From assembly GCF_963676685.1 (NCBI RefSeq), contig NC_092354.1, positions 26,908,001 through 26,972,000 on the forward strand: DNA of 64,000 nt, in the 5' to 3' direction. Source of the stretch: Mytilus edulis (taxonomy: Eukaryota). Every line of letters begins with the position of its first letter. Positions within the stretch are counted from its first letter, which is position 1. The notes below the pieces were generated by a model, which was given only the letters and a program-made list of their open reading frames with translations, was not told where the DNA came from and did no database searches. Positions 12,634 to 24,100 of the stretch are shown here, in pieces. A program made the position numbers and the translations under genes.

Positions 12634-13255
12634 TACAAGCTGTACGAAATACTAAAATTAAAAACCCAACAATTCTCAAAATTTTATATGTAATGAGGAA
12701 TTTAAAAATTCTTCTGAAAGAAATAATATTTCTATGGGTTCCGAGTCCTGTTGGAATCCTTGAAAACACCTGTAGACCTTGAGGCAAAGAATGCCCTGGG
12801 TGACCCTCTATCTAACTGTGATATACCATATACTGATTTTAAATCTAATATCAGAGAATATGTTTTTAATATATTGAAAAATAAATGGAGTAAAAAAGAT
12901 GATAATAAATTGCATGAAATTAAACCTTATTTAGGCAAACCTTTTAATAATATTATGTGCAGAAAAGATCAGTGTGTTATTACTAGATGTCGTATTGGTC
13001 ATACTAGAATAACACACGAATTAAATATCTTTTAAAAAATGAAGATGAACCACAATGTGTTCCTTGCAATTGCAAGTATACTATTTAACATGTTTTAATT
13101 AATTGTATTGACTTTGATGATATTCGTAAGAAGCATTTCAATGTCAATAATATGTATGATTTATTCAATAATGTTCCATTAACAAATATTGTTGCATTTT
13201 TAAAAGAAATTGGAATTTATTATAGAATATAAAAATGTTCTTATATTTAAATCGT

Positions 13256-15563
13256 TTTTAGCTCACCTGGCCCGAAGGGCCAAGTGAGCTTTTCTCATCA
13301 CTTGGCGTCCGGCGTCCGTCGTCCGGCGTCGTCCGTCGTCCGTCGTCGTTAACTTTTACAAAAATCTTCTCCTCTGAAACTACTGGGCCAAATTTAACCA
13401 AACTTGGCCACAATCATCATTGGGGTATCTAGTTTAAAAAATGTGTTCGGTTACCCGGCCAACCAACCAAGATGGCCGCCATGGCTAAAAATAGAACATA
13501 GGGGTAAAATGCAGTTTTTGGCTTATAACTCTGAAACCGAACCATTTAGAGCAAATCTGACATGGGGTTAAATTGTTTATTAAGTCAAGATCTATCTGCC
13601 CTGAAATTTTCAGACGAATCGGACAACCGGTTGTTGGGTTGCTGCCCCTGAATTGGCAATTTTAAGGAAATTTTGCCGTTATATGGTTATTATCTTGAAT
13701 ATTATTATAGATAGAGATAAACTGTAAACAGCAATAATGTTCAGCAAAGTAAAATCTACAAATAAGTCAATATGACCGAAATGGTCAGTTGACCCATATA
13801 GGAGTTATTGCCCTTTATAGTCAATTTTTAACCATTTTTCGTAAATCTTAGTAATCTTTTACAAAAATCTTCTCCTCTGAAACTACTAGGCCAAATTTAT
13901 CCAAACTTGGCCACAATTATCTTTGGGGTATCTAGTTTAAAAAATGTGTCCGGTGAACCGGCCAACCAACCAAGATGGCCGCCACGGCTAAAAATAGAAC
14001 ATAGGGGTAAAATGCAGTTTTTGGCTTATACCTTAAAAACCAAAGCATTTAGAGCAAATCTGACAATGGTAAAATTGTTTATCAGGTCAAGATCTATTTA
14101 CCCTGAAATTTTCAGATGCATCTGACAACCTGTTGTTGGGTTGCTGCCCCTGAATTGGTAATTTTAAGGAAATTTTACTGTTTTTGGTTATTATCTTGAA
14201 AATTATTATAGATAGAAATAAACTGTAAACAGCAATAATGTTCAGCAAAGTAAGATTTACAAATAAGTCAACATGACCGAAATGGTCAGTTGACCAATAT
14301 AGGAGTTATTGCCCTTTATAGTCAATTTTTAACCATTTTTCGTAAATCTTAGTAATCTTTTACAAAAATCTTCTCCTCTGAAACTACTGGGCCAAATTAA
14401 TCCAAACTTATCCACAATCATCTTTTGGTTATCTAGTTTAAAAAATGTGTCTGATGACCCGGCCATCCAACCAAGATGGCCGCCATGGCTAAAAATAGAA
14501 CATAGGGGAAAAATGCAGTTTTTGGCTTATAACTCAAAAACCAAAGCCTTTAGAGCAAATCTGACACGGGGGTCAAATTGTTTATCAGGTCAAGATCTAT
14601 CTGCCCTGAAATTTTCAGATAAATCGGACAACCCGTTGTTGGGTTGCTGCCCCTGAATTGGTAATTTTAAGGAAATTTTACTGTTTTTGGTTATTATCTT
14701 GAAAATTATTATAGATAGAAATAAACTGTAAACAGCAATAATGTTCAGCAAAGTAAGATTTACAAATAAGTCAACATGACCGAAATGGTCAGTTGACCCA
14801 TATAGGAGTTATTGCCCTTTATAGTCAATTTTTAACCATTTTTCGTAAATCTTAGTAATCTTTTACAAAAATCTTCTCCTCTGAAACTGATGGGCCAAAT
14901 TAATCCAAACTTATCCACAATCATCTTTGGGGTATCTAGTTTAAAAAATGTGTCCGATGACCTGGCCATCCAACCAAGATGGCCGCCATGGCTAAAAATA
15001 GAACATAGGGGTAAAATGCAGTTTTTGGCTTATAACTCAAAAACCAAAGCGTTTAGAGCAAATCTGATAGGATTAAATTGTTTATCAGGTCAAGATCTAT
15101 CTGCCCCGAAATTTTCAAATGAATCGGACAACCCGTTGTTGGGTTGCTGCCCCTGAATTGGTAATTTTAAGGAAATTTTGCTGTTTTTGGTTATTGTCTT
15201 GAATATTATTATAGATAGAGATAAACTGTAAACAGCAATAATGTTCAGCAAAGTAAGATTTACAAATAAGTCAACATGACCGAAATGGTCAATTGACCCC
15301 CTAAGGAGTTATTGTCCTTTATAGTCAATTTTCAACAATTTTTATAAAATTGTAAATTTTTACTAAAATTTTCCACTGAAACTACTGGGCCAAGTTCATT
15401 ATAGATAGAGATAATTGTAAGCTGCAAGGATGTTCAGTAAAGTTAGATGTACAAACACATCACCATCACCAAAATACAATTTTGTCATGAATCCATCTGC
15501 TTCCTTTGTTTAATAGTCACATAGACCAAGGTGAGCGACACAGGCTCTTTAGAGCCTCTAGTT
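13256..15563 (+). mobile_element. Non-autonomous Helentron-like element (HINE) with an internal array of about four ~502-bp tandem units
   Basis: T-run, 5' subTIR gctcacctgg with a nearby inverted repeat, (CGTC)n microsatellite, units starting near 13361, 13864, 14365 and 14867, 3' subTIR ccaaggtgagc, terminal palindrome aggctctttagagcct, then ctagtt. Confidence 0.8.
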
Positions 15564-15722
15564 AATTTTTATCACGTTATTTTACTGTTGATTTTTATTT
15601 GTATATAATTTGTCTTATTTTAAAAATATGCTATAAATTGTAAAAATATTCGAATTAGCTCTCGCCGCGATATAGCCTTTTGTGCTAATGCGGCGTAAAG
15701 CAACCAACAATCAATCTATCAA

Positions 15723-16127
15723 TATTCCATCTTTATGAAGTTGTTTAGTTGTAGCTACAAACATATTTTATGCAACATTTCACTTTACCTCAAATTTTGT
15801 ATCGATAGAGCTACACAAATATTTTTTTATCATGCATCCAATTTTACCTCGAAATATGCACACGCCTAGGCAAAGACAAGCCCACACTGGGGATAATACG
15901 TTTTAGAGCCTGTAAACCCTGATACACGGTAGATATTTGACATAGGTGTTTATTATATCAAAATGGTACTTCATGTATCGAAATCGTAAATTTGAATGTA
16001 CTGCTGACAACAATTTTTTTATTTACCTATGTTGCAGTTCATGGTTAAATAATTCATCAAACTAAAGGTCATGAAAGGTTCTCGTTGAAAGACCTGTTCT
16101 GTGATGGTGAGGGATGCTAAACCCCTC
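15723..16127. repeat. Right copy of the ~405-bp direct duplication flanking the LINE
   Basis: Starts directly after the LINE (CAAT)n tail and ends at ctaaacccctc, like the left copy. Confidence 0.9.
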
Positions 16128-17203
16128 ACAACACTAAAGATGAAATGTTTGTAATTATACTGGCAGACATTTTATGTACAGATTATCGTATTATATGCCT
16201 GCAGAAATAAAGGATGCTTGACCTGTGAAATCAAATAAACACGCATCTGAATATTTTATATGCTTTCAAAAGATTGGTTTTAGCACCTGTATCGGTTTTG
16301 GCTTTCCAAGCAAGGCCACTGTTTTCTGCATCACCTAAATCATCTCTGACTGCAAGCTAAAAAATTAAAGTTTCGATCAAAAGTCCGAAAGTGTATGCAA
16401 TGCAGACAAAGAAGGTATGTGTCCATGTAATGGACATTGATAGGGGAGCAATACAAAGTGTCGGAAGTTGGAGTTACCAAATCATGACACGTCTTAAATT
16501 TGTCTTCAATATTTTATCACACTGAGGACATTTTAAGGACATTCTAAAATACTATTCATCTAGCGTAGCATAGAAACAAAATTAAAGAGTGTCCTAAGAT
16601 GACCGCATTAATTTTGAAATTTTATCTTCGGACGAATATATGGATAATTTCCAGAACACCACCTCTGGTGTTTTTTTTTTTTTTTTTTTATCTTTTGTCA
16701 TTAAATTAATATAATAAGGTAAAAATAAGTTAAACTTTTTGTAGGAATACTTAATTACATACATATCTTCCTCTGCACATCTTAATTCCGGAACAGACAA
16801 TTATGTAGCCCAGAATAACTACAAAGCATTAATTCATAAAAGATTTTCACCTTTTCCATTTAATCTAGTATCATACAAACACAATATACAAAATGTGCGT
16901 TACATAATAATCATCATTGTCGTGAGCACTCGTATAGATATTGTTAAATCCTTTACTTATGTAGTGGGAAGACTTATTATTTTTCGTTATTTTACCTGAA
17001 CCTGAGCTGGAACCTCAGGAGCAGCGCTTGCTTTGCGGTATTGCTGGTGTTGGTCTCAGCTAGCCTTTCCAAAATCTTATCTATTTTAATATCCGTGTTC
17101 TTTACGGTTTGATCCAAATCAGTTACTTTCTTGAGAGTATCTTCAGTTCTGAAAGCACTTCCTGCAACAAAAAGTATTTTTAATATATAGTGTTTTCTAT
17201 ATA

Positions 17204-17795
17204 GCCCAGGTGGTCTAGCGGGACGGCTGCAGTGCAGGCGATTTGGTGTCACGATATCACAGTAGCATGGGTTCGAATCCCGGCGAGGGAAGAACCAACA
17301 ATTTGCGAAAGCAAATTTACAGATCTAACATTGTTGGGTTGATGTTTAGACGAGTTGTATATACATTATGTACACAGCCATATATCACCATCATTGATGG
17401 CGATCCGATGGATACATCTGTTGTAGAGTTGTCACTGACTCAGACGTACTTATAAATATAATTATTTTCTGTGACTGTATCTTACATTAATTTGTAGGAT
17501 CCTTAACTATAGATAATTTAGCTGATCTGTAACAATAACATCTTCATGCCTTATATATCATGTACTGTTGTACGCCGCTAGATTAAAAACTGACGAGGAA
17601 AGGTAACAAATGGCCAGCGAAAGCTCTATTATAGTAGAGCCCAGGTGGTCGTGTGGTCTAGCGGGACGGCTGCAGTGCAGGCGATTTGGTGTTACGATAT
17701 CACAGTAGCATGGGTTCGAATCCCGGCGAGGGAAGAACCAAAAGTTTGCGAAAGCAAAATTACAGATCTAACATTGTTGGGTTGATGTTTAGACG
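17204..17795 (+). repeat. tRNA-derived (Pol III A/B box) repeat in tandem, period ~435 bp
   Basis: GTGGTCGTGTGG A box and GGTTCGAATCC B box at 17639; the copy at 17204 has an 8-nt A-box deletion. Both share ~85 nt downstream; no acceptor stem or CCA. Confidence 0.65.
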
Positions 17796-17929
17796 TGTAT
17801 ATATATATATTGTTATTACACTTACGAAATTATCAATGCCAGTACATTATTTATACGAACCGTTAAATGTTTTTGTAACTGAAGTACGTTATACCAATTA
17901 TAACCATTTCACAAAATGCATACGAATCG

Positions 17930-18770
17930 GAGGCGAATACACGCCTTTATATAAAACTAGTATCTCAATTGTTGGTAAAAAACTATGTTGACAAGTAAAC
18001 AGAAGTCTCGACCAATCATTGAAAGGCCTTTCCTGTAAAAATGATATTTTTTTTGTGTACTTTGAACAACCTTTCGGTTGATATACGACAAGCGTACCTT
18101 CTGAAACTTTTCGCTTTTTACAATTAATGACTCCAATGTTCGAGATTGGAAATATCAGATTGTTAGTCCAGTTTATTGTAACTTTGTAATTTAGCTCCAA
18201 GTCGTAACAATAACGTGGAAATTGTAATTGGTGGCATGTTTGCTGGACTATTTCATTTTTAAAAGTTTGATTACCAATAAATTTTAAATCTGTTGAAGGC
18301 TATGTGAATTTAAACCTATGGTGAATATAACAAATGTAATTAAAGCATGAAAATCATTCTTAAAAACAAACTAACAAATTTAACATTTCTAAAAACAAGA
18401 CAATTATTCTTTATATGTTTAGTTTTTACCTTTGTTACTCTACCAATTATGGTGGCTGTATTTCCTTTGACTTTAACTGCGTCGAATATTTTGACAGCCT
18501 TTGAAATAGCATCAATAAGTCTTTTCGTCTCTCGCCACTAACAGAGACAAGGACACCACAGTCGACCTGTTTATGATAATTGTGTTGTCTGCCTTTTTGA
18601 TGTAGTTTCTCGGCCTCACACGTTTGTTCAGCATTGACATCTTGGCACTGTCATAGCAGATGGCTGTAATGAATCTGGAACCATCTGCTACAGTGATTTT
18701 TGTGGAGGTATTTTCAATCCCATGTCTCAGGTATTTGGTTGTCTGCAATCAACTTCACCCTTTATTGGTA
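17930..18770 (-). pseudogene. Degenerate RPA-like (OB-fold) gene remnant, probably Helitron/Helentron-derived
   Basis: KITVADGSRFITAICYD..NYIKKADNTIIINRSTVV; exon ending ATIIGRVTK|gtaaa at 18430; distal INCKKRKV...FLPTIE parallels CSNKKLV...FLPTIK at 47490-47670. Confidence 0.5.
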
Positions 18771-18888
18771 CGGGGTATTACAGGGCAATTTCATTAACTT
18801 TTAGTGGTGTTATGTATATAAACAATGATATAGAATCTAGATGACTGTACCCACGTGACGTCACCTTTTCACACTCTAATTATAAAAA

Positions 18889-19217
18889 ATGAAGATTATC
18901 GCCATGTTTATGTTTGTTGTGAGTTGTTTATTATCATTTACCCATGCGAGAAGTCTTGCAACAAATACTGCTGAATGTTATAGGAGTGAAGACATATTAG
19001 ATTGTCGAGGCAATGCCATTAAATTCTTTAGTGGAGAGATAGATCCTTCTATCAACCCAGTCCAAATGACCTATATTATGAAAAGTGAACAGATTCAAAA
19101 TGTCCGCATGAATGCCACTTGTGTGTTCGAACTTACAATGTCTAATAAAGCTATGTGGCACATTGGAAGGAAAAATTATAGTGGTGAATGGGGAAGAATG
19201 TTCATCGTATGTAAGTA
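18889..19217 (+). CDS. Orphan putative secreted protein (signal peptide), cut off by the CACTG element or by a GTAAGT donor at 19211
   Basis: AAAAATG start just after TATAAAA and CACGTGACGTCA; hydrophobic MKIIAMFMFVVSCLLSFTHA; CYRSEDILDCRG motif. Confidence 0.45.
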
Positions 19218-21259
19218 CACTGAAAAAAATACCTAGTAATCACTACTAGGTAAACTAGTAAACTTACTGTCCATGAGATTACTAGGCCAGAAGTATATTT
19301 ACTAGCCTACTTAGTAACTATACTAGGCCATCAAAGTAAATTTACTAGGCTACTTAGTAATTACACTAGGAGTCCCTAGTAATTTTGCTAGACTGCTTGG
19401 TGACTTTACTAGTCTGAATAAGTAATTTAACTACCTTTTAGTAACATAACTAGGTCCTCCTTGTGGCAAATACATGGTAAGACGAGTGATTCTACTAGTT
19501 TCAAGTAACTCTACAAACATTTCCTAGTAGGAATACCTCCTTCAGCTAGTAACTTTACTAGCTATAAATACTTGTACCAGGTCACCCTCGTGTGGTACTT
19601 TTTCGTACCTACATGTAGCAATGTTACTGGATTAAGGATTCTTTTTTATTTTGATTTGTATGCATAGTTTCATAGCAGTGCAATATCTTATAGCTATTTC
19701 TCTATTGTACTGGTACAAAGTTCAAAATGATAAATCCATTTTTTTAATAAGGGGGACTGCCATAAAAGGGGGCTCACTCAAGTCATAGTTTAATTTTTCA
19801 CGGTATAATCAATTAAATTTTTCCCATGAAAGGGGCCCTAAATCCATCACTTAGTAAAATCAACAGGAAGCGTCTAGGTAGTTATATGTGTTTTTGATCT
19901 TTCAATTCAGGAAACACAATGACAATAGCAATAATTGTGAAAGATAAATATACAATGACCTGAAAAGACTAGCAAAAACATCAGCAATAGGTCACAATAT
20001 CCTCAATATGAATTGACTTGCAATGTATACTTTGGTTGCCGATGAATGAAGATAAAAATTTGTTGCATCTGTAGTGATAATTGACCTTCAATGTCAATAA
20101 AGACAAAACTATTTCTTTTCACTCCTTGTTCTTGTTGTTTTCTCTTTCACACATTCTCACTTAAATTTCGCCATGTTAGGCCTGAAAGCTTTACAGTTAC
20201 CTAACTAAATTTGTCAGTGTGTGAGGTTCAGCAAAATAATGTTAAAGATAAATCCTACATATTTTATTTACATAAGATGCATAACATCAGAACTGTAAAA
20301 TACATTTGAGTAGACAATACAAAGTAGTTAATTTCAAGTATAGAAAAAGGTGTCCAACCAACAACAAATAGGTAACATGTTCTCAATTTACTCCAAAGTA
20401 ACCATTTAAATTCATGTTTCAAAACCATTAATAAGCTGTACCCTAATCAATATTAACAATTATTCATACATGTATTTAGAATATTCAGTTTACAATTCTA
20501 AAGTTATTTCTATGAAAAAAAATTAAAACGTCAGTTTAAAAAATTATAACCCATCCAGTTATTGCACGGCCCCTGCTTAAATCAATCAGCTCTCCCTGCA
20601 AAACCAAAATGAATAAACTCTCCCTCGAATATTTATTTAAAAATAAAGAACAAAGTAAGACTTATCAGTTATTTTATATCTTCCTACTTCAAAGTTTACA
20701 TTTTAAAACACTTAGAAGTAAAAATAAAATTGTCAGGAAAAGTATTTAGATTGTACCTAACAGTTTATAACTTTATAAAGCATGATCACTTATCATTTTT
20801 TAAAGCACTGTACATTTCAGTTTGAGCAAACAGATCCAACTCAATGTCACCCCTCTAGAGCACCAGGATCTAAATACATGTCGCCCATCTCATATTGGAC
20901 TAGGATCTAAATCATTTTCACCGTTTGCTCCTACATTGATATTTTAAATTATGAAACTTTGTTTTATCTTATTTTGACCTTAATAAACTTGAACAGGCCT
21001 AGGTCAAAACTGATTTAATAGTCTTAATCTATTGAATTCTAATATTGGCTTGTATCAGTTTTTAGATGAATGAATAAGTTGACACAAAAGTTGGTTAACA
21101 TTTTCACGGAACTGTCATGTATACAGATAACACTTTCTCAAAATTGTTTATACTATACATGTATATCATAGATCACAACAAAAACAAATAATCATACTTG
21201 TACTGAAACATCAATAGATATAAATATAAATGTTCATTATATTAAACTTTTCATGCTAT

Positions 21260-21640
21260 ATGTATCTGCATTGTTACATCGAAGGTCCCAATTCTGGCTT
21301 GAACTTGACGGGAGAGCGGACTCCTATTGACGGCCTTGGTGAGCTGTTTTGAAGCTCTCAACTGACTTGGTGCACACTACGTCTTCTTTCAATGAATCAC
21401 AGTTTTGACGAAGAATGTGTTTTTAAATTGCTCATTTTCACAGTTTGTTGTTTCAATAGCCTTAACCAAATTTATAAATTATCACTTTCAAAGTCTGCAA
21501 AGCGTGTCGGCTTGATGTTCCTTTTTGGTAAAGATTGCTTGTTACCAATAATTTGTCAGGTTTGGATAGCTGGGACCATACCCTCAACCACTTTTGTACG
21601 GTAATACTAGTCTTTGGCTTGTTCTTGTGAATTGCAGGTT
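21260..21640 (-). pseudogene. Degenerate 3' end of a CR1/L2-type LINE ORF2
   Basis: QFKNTFFVKTV and SLKEDVVCTKSVESFKTA in shifted frames resemble the usual LINE C-terminus. Confidence 0.45.
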
Positions 21641-22181
21641 TTTCAAGTTCCAGTAAATGTAGCATGTTGGTGGTCGATCCTTCTTGTCTAAATTTATCAT
21701 CCCCTGTGATTTTTTCAGAACCTGAAATTATACAAAAATCCATAATAAAACTACATGTAGTGTTGTCAATATTAATTAATATAGATTAACTAGAACTCTA
21801 CTGTCAATTTCTACTAATACATTGTATTTAAAAAACTATATTTCACTTTGTTTCTTATGTGTGATAGGTGAGTCATCATGTCAGACATATATAGATACAC
21901 ACTGAAGATTATGTGCTTTTTTTTATAGCTTTTTAATGCAATTGTATACAAGTATTTCAAGTAAGACATTAACGAGTGTAATATGTATGCATTAATATTA
22001 AATCTACAATTATATAGCTATACAGAGAGTTAAAATACTGGCAAAAACAATAATTATCCCAGAGCCATGTTTAAAATATACTTTTATAAATATTTTCATA
22101 TTTAATTAATAAAAACCCTGTTAAGGCATCACCCTTTCTAATCCAGTGTTGGTAAATTATCCCAAAAAACATTAGTAAATT

Positions 22182-24100
22182 CACGGCTGGTAATCTACAC
22201 ACGCAGAACATTTGGTTCTGCAATAAAAACCGTGCGAGGATTTTCCGGTTGTGCTTGAGTGGAGTAATTGTCACCGCTTCAAAAGGTATGTACATTTCTA
22301 AATCTAAATTTTCTTATTCAACTGATCAAAATATTGAAAATCGGAGAATGTCATGCTGTGGTGAATACTTTAACGAAGAGATACATGTATCATTTACTGT
22401 TGTACGTAGAGTTGAACTCCTACAAAATCAGTTGTCCCACAAGAAATTGCCTAAAAAAGTGACATTTCAATTTTGAAATGGTTCTTTTTACAGACCTACA
22501 AGTTCAAATTTAGTTTTTTTTCGGGCAATGGGTATGAATGTTGTTTTTGGCGGCGTGTGCGCTGTCCGCCGTTGATAGACATCTTAATAATTCCAAAAAC
22601 TAAATTTTTTCATGAAGTCATGCGTGAGGGAATCGGTTCTGATTGAGGACATCGTGAATGCGTGAGGGGAGGTACAAATCTTATCTTTATATTCAAGCTA
22701 TCAGTCGTTGAAACTTACCTAAATTTGGCTACATTGTTCATAAAAAAAACACATATGTGAGTGTGCTTAAAAAAGTTTACGAGATTGGATTTTGAAATAA
22801 TTGTAGGAACTTAGGTTTAATAATATGTTTCACGAAGAATAAAGACAAAAAATGTTGTCAACGATTTTGTTTTCTTGCTACAAGTAAAAACTAGACCGAT
22901 TATTTGCCCACATCTGCAAATTTGGAGACAGATTTGCAATTAAATAGTTAGACTTTTTTAACATAAAGAATATTTGGTGATTTATTGTATAAATCAAAAT
23001 CTTTAAACAAATATCAAATTTTGTGATTTTAGAATCATCTTTTTTTTTTAAATAAACTATTTTAGGGGAGATAACTCCTTTCGTAAATGTGTAAAACATG
23101 AATCTTAATTAAGCTTTTTTCAACTGATTTTTATAGTTCGTTCTTATGTTGTACTGTAACGTTATGGGTCATCGTAAATTCGCATTTTACTAATTTTTAT
23201 GTATTATATATAACTTGTTCGTCCGGTCACTTTTTCGTGGGGATCGGTTTTCTCGTGCTTGAGACTCAGTGTCCAGACTTATTTAAACAAATAATAAGTT
23301 TTCATTGGCGATATCATTTTCTTAGATATATGTGTCGATCTCTGTGACGTATATTTGACGACAGGACTACTCCCAGAGGGTTTAGTTCGCTTCGAGGGCG
23401 GGGATAACTTGTATCTCCATGGCTTTTTGTAGTCAGTCCTCTTTTCCTTTTTCCTTTGAACAATGGCATTTTCTGAAATTGAACAAACAATTAATAATTT
23501 GATTTCATTGAATCAGAGATCAGTTTACATCTATTAAAGTATAAGGATAAATATGTGCTTTTAATCAGCATTGATCACATTTATTGAGTCAACAAAAGTC
23601 ACAAAGCCAAAGATTAAAAACAAATGTTTGTACTTCCCCTCACGCATTCACGATGTCCTCAAACTTCACGGAAAAATGTTGTTTTTGGAATTATTAAGAC
23701 GTCTATCAACACAGGACAGCACACACGCCGCCAAAAACAACATTCGTACCCATTGCCCGAAAAAAAAACTAAATTTGAACTTGTAGGTCTGTAAATAGAA
23801 CCATTTCAAAATTGAAATGTCACTTGTTTAGGCAATTTCTTGTGGGACAACTGATTTTGTAGGAGTTCAACTCTACGTACAACAGTAAATGATACATGTA
23901 TCTCTTCGTTAAAGTATTCACCACAGCATAGCATTCTCCGATTTTCAATATTTTGATCAGTTGAATAAGAAAATTTAGATTTAGAAATGTACATACCTTT
24001 TGAAGCGGTGACAATTACTCCACTCAAGCACAACCGGAAAATCCTCTCACGGTTTTTATTGCAGAACCAAATGTTCTGCGTGTGTAGATTACCAGCCGTG
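22182..24100. mobile_element. Non-autonomous long-TIR DNA transposon (Sola1-like) nested in the CACTG element
   Basis: Inverted repeats of ~480 bp (22182 to ~22678 and ~23627 to 24100) starting CACGGCTGG; AATT on both flanks (22178-22181, 24101-24104). Confidence 0.8.

Larger units (their letters stand above)
12275..15722 (+). mobile_element. 5'-truncated I/Nimb-clade LINE (RNase H and C-terminal Cys/His region, 3' UTR, (CAAT)n tail), degenerate, with nested insertions
   Basis: RLPSDASIFTAEAEAI, IICSDSLSCLQ, FLWVPS, RCRIGHTR, CVPCNC and HVLINC, with frameshifts and a stop; ends gcggcgtaaagcaaccaacaatcaatctatcaa. Confidence 0.82.

Noticed and set aside
13907-15156. Three similar ORFs (QPRWPP..KIEHRGKMQF) resembling a gene family
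   Set aside because: They are translations of the ~502-bp HINE tandem unit, with inconsistent starts and frames.
17639-17735. Possible functional tRNA gene
   Set aside because: A and B boxes are present, but there is no convincing acceptor or anticodon stem and no T-run terminator, and it is part of a repeat.
22249-24033. Paired near-identical ORFs on opposite strands
   Set aside because: Produced by the long TIRs of the 22182-24100 element; no protein motifs.
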